A model generated the notes under the pieces. It did not search any database. It had not been told where the DNA came from and saw only the letters and a program-made list of their open reading frames with translations. A program made the position numbers and the translations under genes. This document shows, in pieces, positions 17,607 to 24,000 of a stretch of DNA of 24,000 nt (its first letter is position 1; the number at the start of each line of letters is the position of its first letter). Source of the stretch: Promethearchaeota archaeon (GTDB taxonomy: Archaea > Asgardarchaeota > Lokiarchaeia > Sigyniarchaeales > SOKP01); NCBI GenBank assembly GCA_029838195.1, contig JALGVJ010000003.1:65623-89622 (forward strand), in the 5' to 3' direction.

Positions 17607-17620
17607 CCCCGGAGGGCGCA

Positions 17621-17627
17621 TTTTTTT
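17621..17627 (+). terminator. poly-T terminator after tRNA-Gly
   Basis: TTTTTTT directly after the tRNA 3' end. Confidence 0.5.
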
Positions 17628-17804
17628 CGTTTTTCTTACTAATTTTTCCTGAACTTCCCAAAGTAAAGGAAGGTTCCCTTATGAAGGTATTTTTAATCTT
17701 TAGAGCTCATTTATTCAAATGATTGGGAAAAGAGCGTAAAATTCAGGCGCAAATAACATGTAAATCTGATAAAGAGAAAAAAATAATAAGAATAGGCCTG
17801 CCCA

Positions 17805-18653
17805 TTAGAGAAAGCCAAGGAAATTTGACACTCTCGATTTTTTAGGAATTTCTTTTTCAAAATAATTTTCAATTATATCGAGTAAAAATTCTAAAAAGGA
17901 GACCGAAATCTTTTCTTTGAAAGTTGCGTTCAAGTAATCGATCATCTTCTTCGAATTGAGAGTATCTTTATTCTTGGTGTTGTCAATGAAATCGATCAAG
18001 CTTTTAGTAAGTTCATGGATTTTCTTGATTTCATTTTTAAGGATGATGAGACACGTGTCCGGATCGGTTTCTTCATAGAATTTTTGAACCATTCGACGTT
18101 CCATGCTCCATTTATTTGTATCAATTAACTCTCCCTTATCATTAAAAACATCCTTTCCTTTCAAGATATATCTTCCCTTGAATTCATCTTTTTTTTGCCG
18201 ATAGTCGTTCTCGCTAACATAGGTAAAATTGAATTCGAAATTATCTTCCGTTATAAACTCATGAAACGCTTGGAGATGTTTTTTAATGAATAAGTCCTCT
18301 AAAACAATCACTAGATTTTTTTTCATGAAGATCATGCGGATCAAAGGTAAAAGGAAGGAAGGAGTCATGTTCATTTTAATGAGATCCACGTCCAACTGAT
18401 CTTTCGGTGGAATTTTGCGCTTGACCTCTTCAGCAATAGGCTCGATTGAAGGAAGTTCAATTTGAAAGTCAGCAATAAAATAATCCCGTACCTGCATGTT
18501 TTTATCAATATAAGCAACGAATGAATGCTCGCACACGATCCCTTTAGCTATATTAACAGCGAGCAAACCCCGGGATACGTTTTTAAGACTTTCTTCCGAT
18601 ACGTCAATTTTCCCTTGCTTTGAACAAGAAGGACAACGAATTTGTACGCGCAT
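17805..18653 (-). CDS. uncharacterized protein with N-terminal CPxC-like segment (IRCPSCSKQGKI...CEHSFVAYIDK)
   Basis: 282 aa ORF; cysteines CPSC and C/H in VCEHSF; charged helical C-terminal half; no family recognised with certainty. Confidence 0.7.
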   Translation of the reverse strand: MRVQIRCPSCSKQGKIDVSEESLKNVSRGLLAVNIAKGIVCEHSFVAYIDKNMQVRDYFIADFQIELPSIEPIAEEVKRKIPPKDQLDVDLIKMNMTPSFLLPLIRMIFMKKNLVIVLEDLFIKKHLQAFHEFITEDNFEFNFTYVSENDYRQKKDEFKGRYILKGKDVFNDKGELIDTNKWSMERRMVQKFYEETDPDTCLIILKNEIKKIHELTKSLIDFIDNTKNKDTLNSKKMIDYLNATFKEKISVSFLEFLLDIIENYFEKEIPKKSRVSNFLGFL

Positions 18654-18814
18654 TTTTAATAATCTCTACTAACTATTCTCAATTGTTATGCAATATAATT
18701 AAATAATTAAAAATCATTTTAATATTTAAATCTACACGATTTAATGAAATCTTTTTGGTTCAAATATAAACATGCTCAAATACCTTACCATCTCGTAGGA
18801 AAAGTTTCTCTGCC

Positions 18815-19303
18815 TCACACTCTTTTCACCTTGGCATATGATTTTTCCAATAAATTCGCAAGAAGCAAGCATGTAATAGCCGAAAGATTCTCTGCAATCA
18901 CGAATGAAAAGACATTATCTAAAAAAAGAATACAAATGGCATGCGTTATGAAAAAAGTAGGCAAGAATATAGAAAGAAGTACCAACAAGGGACGGGTAAT
19001 GGGATAAAATAAAAGTTTCATGGCAAAAGTCCCGGATCTCCTCTCCGTGCGGTATCGGTCTTTTAATTTCTTTCTTCTTTCCACCTGTGCAAAACTTTCA
19101 AAAATAATCAAGGAAGAATAAAAGAGAGCGACGGATACTCCAATCGGTACTAAAATAACCACGAGATAATTCCCTATGCTCAAAAAATATTGGGCAATGA
19201 AGATAATGAATACTTGAATGAGTCCACAGAGCCCCAATAACATCAATGCAATTCCCAAGTATTCTCTTGACTCCTTGGATGTCCAAGGTATTCGGATGGG
19301 CAT
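18815..19303 (-). CDS. small multi-pass membrane protein, function unknown
   Basis: 162 aa with about four strongly hydrophobic segments separated by a basic loop (VERRKKLKDRYRTERR). Confidence 0.65.
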   Translation of the reverse strand: MPIRIPWTSKESREYLGIALMLLGLCGLIQVFIIFIAQYFLSIGNYLVVILVPIGVSVALFYSSLIIFESFAQVERRKKLKDRYRTERRSGTFAMKLLFYPITRPLLVLLSIFLPTFFITHAICILFLDNVFSFVIAENLSAITCLLLANLLEKSYAKVKRV

Positions 19304-19338
19304 GATTACTTGTTCGAATTTTTTTTAATTTTGAGAAA

Positions 19339-19454
19339 TGGGCCGAGGGAGATTCGAACTCCCGACCTTCCGCATTTTGAGCCGCCTCAACGGATTAGAG
19401 CCAAGATCTTCCGACACGTCAAGCGGACGTCATACCAAACTAGACCATCGGCCC
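19339..19454 (-). tRNA. tRNA-Val(GAC) with canonical 37/38 intron (19375-19416)
   Basis: Minus strand exons GGGCCGATGGTCTAGTTTGGTATGACGTCCGCTTGACG + TGCGGAAGGTCGGGAGTTCGAATCTCCCTCGGCCCA = 74 nt; acceptor GGGCCGA/TCGGCCC, anticodon stem TCCGC/GCGGA, T-arm GGGAG TTCGAAT CTCCC. No encoded CCA. Confidence 0.95.
19375..19416 (-). other. archaeal BHB-type tRNA-Val intron, 42 nt
   Basis: TGTCGGAAGATCTTGGCTCTAATCCGTTGAGGCGGCTCAAAA; BHB: outer TCCGC/GCGGA, central TTGA/TCAA, bulges CG|T and AA|T, inner GTCG/CGGC. Confidence 0.93.
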
Positions 19455-19608
19455 TTTTAAAATCCAATGAAATTCTTAGGGCGCTAGTATGTAATGAATA
19501 TCTTGAAAAGATAAATATTTTATGATTAAAAAATCATTCAACTCTTAACTTAAGAGGTCATTACATTAATTTAAAGAAAAAAATAAAATTATTTAATGGT
19601 AGATTGAT

Positions 19609-20838
19609 TTAGGGTCGTTTTTCTCTTAATGCTTTTACGAGCGGCACTTCATTTCCCGAGAGGATTTCTAGCATTGCACCTCCTCCCGTAGAGATGAAAG
19701 AAACTTTATCGGCATCGCCTGACATTTCTGCAGCGGTACCCATTTCGCCACCTCCTATTACCGTGAGAGCTCCTTTTTCTTGAGTGGCCCTTGCCATGAC
19801 TTTTGCCATTTTAAACGTGCCTTCTCTGAACACCTCTTTTTCAAAGATGCCGGGGGGGCCATTAGCGATAATGGTTTTGGAATTCATGATGTATTCTTCG
19901 AAAGTTTTTATAGTTTCAGGGCCGATATCGCCGGTAACAGCGTTATATTTTTCGAGCTCATCAAGTCCAATTACTTTTCTATTTCCATTTTCTTCAATGA
20001 CTAAATCTTTGGGTAATATGATTTTATCCTTGAATTTTTCGTAGGTGGCTTTAATATCGTCGCGAGCTTTTTCCAAATCTTTAGCAATTGATTTTCTATT
20101 GGGTTCTCCTGTTTTGATTCCAATGGCTTCCATGATTAAAATGGCCGTGAGGCCAGAGCATAAGGCGTGGTCTAATTTTCCGTTTTCGAAATTATATTTC
20201 ATGGCCTTATACTTGTCGATGGCTTTTGCTCCTCCAATGAGCATGGTCATGGGACGTTCAGGATTTTCTAAAATTTTGGACATGACTTCAAATTCTTTTA
20301 TTATGGTGGGTCCAGCCAGCATTTTTGGCCATCCAATAATGGAAGGTTGCGCTCGATGGGCGGCACCAAAAGCATCCGCAATGATATAATCAAAAAGAGG
20401 GGCTAATGTTTGTATCATTTCCGTTTTTTCTGCTTCTGAGAAATCTTTAAATGATTTATTTTCCGTTTCCCATTTACGGACGTTATCGAGAACTAATACT
20501 TCTCCCACTTTTAATTCTTTAATGGCATTAACGGCTTTTTCTCCGAAAATATCATCCACGTATTTGACGGGGCGATCAAGTAATTTTCTTATTTCTTCGG
20601 CGTGGAGTTCGAATGAGGTAAAATCTTTTTTGCCTGGTCTTGATTGATGTCCCATGACAACGACCGCGCAATCTTTTAGTTCATTTAAAGCGGGAATTAA
20701 GGCATGAATGCGGGGAGATTCTCTTATCCTATTATTCTCGACATCGATATTTGAATTTATATCGGGACGAATCAATACTTTTTTTCCTTTTAAATCGACA
20801 TCTTTATAAGACGTATATTCAAACATGATTTTCCTCAC
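19609..20838 (-). CDS. pgk: phosphoglycerate kinase (archaeal type)
   Basis: 409 aa; KKVLIRPDINSNID, GHQSRPGKKDFTS, DAFGAAHRAQPSIIGWP, IANGPPGIFE, TVIGGGEMGTAAE. Confidence 0.96.
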   Translation of the reverse strand: MRKIMFEYTSYKDVDLKGKKVLIRPDINSNIDVENNRIRESPRIHALIPALNELKDCAVVVMGHQSRPGKKDFTSFELHAEEIRKLLDRPVKYVDDIFGEKAVNAIKELKVGEVLVLDNVRKWETENKSFKDFSEAEKTEMIQTLAPLFDYIIADAFGAAHRAQPSIIGWPKMLAGPTIIKEFEVMSKILENPERPMTMLIGGAKAIDKYKAMKYNFENGKLDHALCSGLTAILIMEAIGIKTGEPNRKSIAKDLEKARDDIKATYEKFKDKIILPKDLVIEENGNRKVIGLDELEKYNAVTGDIGPETIKTFEEYIMNSKTIIANGPPGIFEKEVFREGTFKMAKVMARATQEKGALTVIGGGEMGTAAEMSGDADKVSFISTGGGAMLEILSGNEVPLVKALREKRP

Positions 20839-21081
20839 GTTAATTTATGATTATTGATTCTAATTTAATTAGATTCAAATTAAAAGAATTTAGACTTCTT
20901 ATTATTTTTTTTTAAAAGTGATTTTTTCATGGGATTGCTGTCCCTTTTGCATTTCTCTCGCTTTAATCTCTTGAATTGGGTAAATTCTTAAAATAATGGT
21001 GAATTCCTTGTTATATTACAAAAAGAATTAATAAAGATTATAATTTTAAATTCATGAAACCATGGAGCGGTTATTTTAAAA

Positions 21082-23727
21082 ATGAAAACCATGATCATAT
21101 CCAATCTTACTCATGTCGAACAATCTCTCGGTCATGAGTTAGTATTACTTCCTAGGCCAAAAAGAATGGAGTATTCAAGAGATAATAAAAACAATTTTCT
21201 CCTCACGGCGAATTCTTTCTTTCATGATCTTAATTTGGAGAATCCAGGACTCTTTTTAAACGAATTAAATGATTTTTTAATGGAAATGAAAGAATTTAAG
21301 ATAAATGCAGCTAAATTACCGGAGGAACTAAATACTCGTATTGAGGGAATAAAAGAGTCTGAATTTTTAGATCCCCACGATGAAGAGTGCTATAATCTTG
21401 AAGTAAAAAACCACCTGGTACTAATTGAGGGAACCTCCGAAAAAGCGGTATTTCATGGACTTCAAACATTCATTCAAATATTAAAAAATTCAATCATCCA
21501 AACCCACGGTAAAGATGAATTCAGAAGTAATTTCAAGAGAAATGAGATCATCATTCCCCAAATTTCAATTAAAGATGTTCCGGACCTTAAAATACGAGGA
21601 ATAGCACAAGATATTGCCCGAGGACAAGTTTTCACCTTAGAAAATGCCAAGAGATATTTGAAAATTATGAGTCATTATAAAATGAATTTCTATTGTCTCT
21701 ACATGGAAGATATGTTCACTCATCAAAAACATCCTGAAATTGGAAAAAATCGAGGCGCCTTGACTCATGAAGAAATTAAAGAGCTGGATGCTTTTGCCAA
21801 GGAACGATTCATTGAACTCGTCCCCATTTTCGAATGTTTAGGACACGTGGACAATATTTTACAACACGAGACTTATCAAGATTTAGGAGAATTTCCAGGT
21901 GCCCATTCCTTTGATATTTCCAATCCTCGCGTGTTAGATTTTGTAGAGGATTATATCTCTGAAATGAGCAAATGTTTTTCCACAAAATATTTTCATATGG
22001 GCTGTGATGAGAGCTTTGATGTGGGAAAATATCGTTCAAAAGATTTAATAGAAAAAATAGGGAAGAACAAGGCTTTAATAGAGTATTATGAAAAGCTACA
22101 TGCCATTGCGAAAAAGCATGGAAACGAATACGTTATCATGTATGATGATTTTGTTCGAAAAAATGAAGAAATCTTACAAGGATTAAGAAAAGACATTATC
22201 CTCATGTATTGGGATTATTCTCCCAAAAAGAGTTTCCCTGATTTAAAAAAATTATTAGATGCGGGCTATAAAGTTATTGTAAGTCCTTCCATGTTAAATT
22301 GGCAACGACATTTTCCCGACAATAAAAATGCAAGTAAAAATATCATTAATTTCATTAAAAATGCTTTTCGATATCGCAACGAAGGGTGTTTAGGTGTTAT
22401 AAATTCTACTTGGGGGGATATGCGATATTATTCTTTAAGAGAAAATGAAATTTTTGGAGGCATTTTATCAAATTCTATAGCGTGGAACGTGAACGAGTTT
22501 AATTATGATCAATTTATCAAGGATCATGGGTTTCTTTTCCATGGCTTTTTGAAGGAGGATATAGAATTATACCATGAGATGTTCAAGAAACTAAGCAATA
22601 GCGTTCATCTATATTATAGACTTTCCATTTCGTTTCCCCCTCTTTTTTTTACTTATTTTTTCAAGCATCCATTTCCAGTAAAAAAAATTGCGCCCTTATT
22701 CGAGAATTATAAAAAGCTCGGGCAAGTAGCAAGAGAATGTTTGGAAATACAAAAAAAACTTCAACCACGACTCTTATTAGAAAAAAATCATTTTGAATAC
22801 CTTCAATTTAGTGCTAGATTAGCGCTTTTTTTAGAAAAGAAGATAGATCTTTCGGTAAAAACTTCCGAACTGTTGAATGAATTATATATTCAAGAAGAAG
22901 AACTCGATATTTTAATTTTCAATTTAAATAAAATAAAAGAAGAACTCATTCAAATAAGGCACGATTATGAGAGGTTATGGCTGAGAGCAGCTAAACGTCC
23001 ATGCTTGGATAATATCCTAGATCTATTTGATTTTCTAATTAGGACATATGAGGAAAAAGTCACGCAAATCAAGAACGGCATCTATTTTGTAAATCCATAC
23101 TTGGAATCAGAATGGATTTGGACAACGGAAAAACAGCACCCCTTGCATCCTCGGTATTTCCGGAAAAAATTCTCTACGGATAAACCAATTAAAAAAGCCA
23201 TGATTCAATGCATCGCTCATAATTATATGAAAGTTCACGTGAATGGACATTTTATAGGGCAAGTTTTATCAAGATATTCGATGTCTATTTTGCCTATAAT
23301 AAATCGCGTTAAAGTTTTTGATATAACCCCATATCTTAAAAAGGGTGAGAACATTCTTTCCGTAGAAGCGTATAATTTTGATGGATACAAAGGCGCAATA
23401 AACGTGTTTGGCCAAATTCAATTTGAAGATAATGAAGTCATGGAAATCCATTCTGATCCTTCTTGGAAATGTCATACTGGGATTGTTTTAAAGGAAAAAG
23501 ACTGGACTACTTTAAAATTTAATGATGAGCAATGGAAATCCTCCTTCTCTCATGGCCCTCCTCCTAATTTAAATGGCGATATTTTCAAACCAAATCTATT
23601 AAAAGGAGAAAAATCTTTCACTCAAGATTATTTTGGAATTGAAAGCTACCTTTCGAATTTTACAGGAGAAACGGATGAGAGAAAATTAGAAGAAATGATA
23701 AAACAATTCAATCCTTATGGAAATTGA
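21082..23727 (+). CDS. glycoside hydrolase family 20-like beta-N-acetylhexosaminidase with C-terminal galactose-binding/jelly-roll-like domain
   Basis: 881 aa; KIRGIAQDIARGQVFTLENAKRYLKIMSHYKMNFYCLYMEDMF, EKLVPIFECLGH-type strand, FHMGCDES (D-E catalytic pair), C-terminal RYSMSILPIINRVKVFDITPYLKKGENILSVEAYNFDG. Confidence 0.82.
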   Translation: MKTMIISNLTHVEQSLGHELVLLPRPKRMEYSRDNKNNFLLTANSFFHDLNLENPGLFLNELNDFLMEMKEFKINAAKLPEELNTRIEGIKESEFLDPHDEECYNLEVKNHLVLIEGTSEKAVFHGLQTFIQILKNSIIQTHGKDEFRSNFKRNEIIIPQISIKDVPDLKIRGIAQDIARGQVFTLENAKRYLKIMSHYKMNFYCLYMEDMFTHQKHPEIGKNRGALTHEEIKELDAFAKERFIELVPIFECLGHVDNILQHETYQDLGEFPGAHSFDISNPRVLDFVEDYISEMSKCFSTKYFHMGCDESFDVGKYRSKDLIEKIGKNKALIEYYEKLHAIAKKHGNEYVIMYDDFVRKNEEILQGLRKDIILMYWDYSPKKSFPDLKKLLDAGYKVIVSPSMLNWQRHFPDNKNASKNIINFIKNAFRYRNEGCLGVINSTWGDMRYYSLRENEIFGGILSNSIAWNVNEFNYDQFIKDHGFLFHGFLKEDIELYHEMFKKLSNSVHLYYRLSISFPPLFFTYFFKHPFPVKKIAPLFENYKKLGQVARECLEIQKKLQPRLLLEKNHFEYLQFSARLALFLEKKIDLSVKTSELLNELYIQEEELDILIFNLNKIKEELIQIRHDYERLWLRAAKRPCLDNILDLFDFLIRTYEEKVTQIKNGIYFVNPYLESEWIWTTEKQHPLHPRYFRKKFSTDKPIKKAMIQCIAHNYMKVHVNGHFIGQVLSRYSMSILPIINRVKVFDITPYLKKGENILSVEAYNFDGYKGAINVFGQIQFEDNEVMEIHSDPSWKCHTGIVLKEKDWTTLKFNDEQWKSSFSHGPPPNLNGDIFKPNLLKGEKSFTQDYFGIESYLSNFTGETDERKLEEMIKQFNPYGN

Positions 23728-23730
23728 TCG

Positions 23731-24000
23731 ATGATGAATGGTATAAAAGAAACTTTAGAATTATTGAAAAACCAAAAAATTTCGGTTGAAGAGGCTGAAA
23801 AATTATTAAAAGCGAATTTCATCGAAGAAGTGGGCGATCTTGCTAAATTGGATGTTAATCGGCACGTGAGAACGGGTATTCCCGAAGTTATATATGCTAA
23901 GAATAAAGAAAAGAACATTTTAATAAATATCGTAAAATCTTTCCTCGAAAAAAAACAATTTGCCGTGATTTCCCGTTATAATGAAGAACAAAAACAATAT
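23731..24000 (+). CDS. larB: LarB-like protein (AIR carboxylase-related, nickel pincer cofactor biosynthesis), truncated by window edge
   Basis: MMNGIKETLELLKNQKISVEEAEKLLKANFIEEVGDLAKLDVNRHVRTGIPEVIYAKNKEKNILINIVKSFLEKKQFAVISRYNEEQKQY; matches the LarB N-terminal pattern (D..R..R.G.PEV.). Starts 4 nt after the preceding stop. Confidence 0.8.
   Translation, partial: MMNGIKETLELLKNQKISVEEAEKLLKANFIEEVGDLAKLDVNRHVRTGIPEVIYAKNKEKNILINIVKSFLEKKQFAVISRYNEEQKQY

Larger units (their letters stand above)
17488..17620 (+). tRNA. tRNA-Gly(GCC) with two predicted non-canonical introns (17503-17532 and 17576-17606)
   Basis: Spliced product folds completely: GCGCTCT TA GTAT AGTGGTTA GTAT G CCAGG TTGCCAA CCTGG CGAC CCGGG TTCAATC CCCGG AGGGCGC A (72 nt). 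Acceptor 7 bp, D-stem 4 bp (wobbles), anticodon stem 5 bp, T-stem 5 bp. CCA not encoded; followed by T7. Confidence 0.85.

Noticed and set aside
18744-19007. 87-aa plus-strand ORF
   Set aside because: Overlaps the hydrophobic, better-supported minus-strand membrane protein at 18815-19303; no protein-like signature.
19310-19525. 71-aa plus-strand ORF MFEFFLILRNGPREIRTPDLP...
   Set aside because: GPREIRTPDLP is the classic antisense translation of a tRNA T-arm; it overlaps tRNA-Val.
20045-20389. 114-aa and neighbouring plus-strand ORFs opposite pgk
   Set aside because: Antisense to well-conserved phosphoglycerate kinase; no independent motif.
1-24000. CRISPR array, restriction-modification or toxin-antitoxin defence system
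   Set aside because: No regularly spaced repeats, Cas proteins, methylase/nuclease pairs or toxin-like genes seen; the only long repeats are the two direct copies described.
1-24000. rRNA genes
   Set aside because: No stretches resembling conserved 16S/23S/5S segments were found.

Overview
AT-rich archaeal window whose gene content points to an Asgard-type genome. The core is a eukaryote-like ESCRT locus at about 12.3-16.1 kb: EAP30/Vps22, Vps25 with a long N-terminal coiled coil, MIT-AAA Vps4, and a CHMP/Snf7-type ESCRT-III subunit. Upstream of it are a NOL1/NOP2/sun m5C methyltransferase and a Nip7-like PUA protein. The left edge, missing from the ORF track, holds a truncated gene whose N-terminus reads as an MIT domain followed by TPR repeats, a candidate extra ESCRT-linked adaptor. 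Other genes are: a sphingosine-1-phosphate-lyase-like enzyme, a sugar nucleotidyltransferase, a sulfatase with two sugar-type transporters, a CYTH protein, a PfkB kinase, phosphoglycerate kinase, a GH20 hexosaminidase-like protein, and a partial LarB. Two tRNA genes can be folded by hand. tRNA-Val(GAC) has a canonical 37/38 intron with a perfect bulge-helix-bulge (BHB). tRNA-Gly(GCC) appears to carry two non-canonical introns, one in the D-loop and one in the T-loop, the latter with a perfect BHB. Direct 136-bp repeats bracket the sulfatase/transporter block. The ESCRT-III gene lacks a normal start codon for its conserved N-terminus. All assignments come from reading sequence and motifs; no database search was run.
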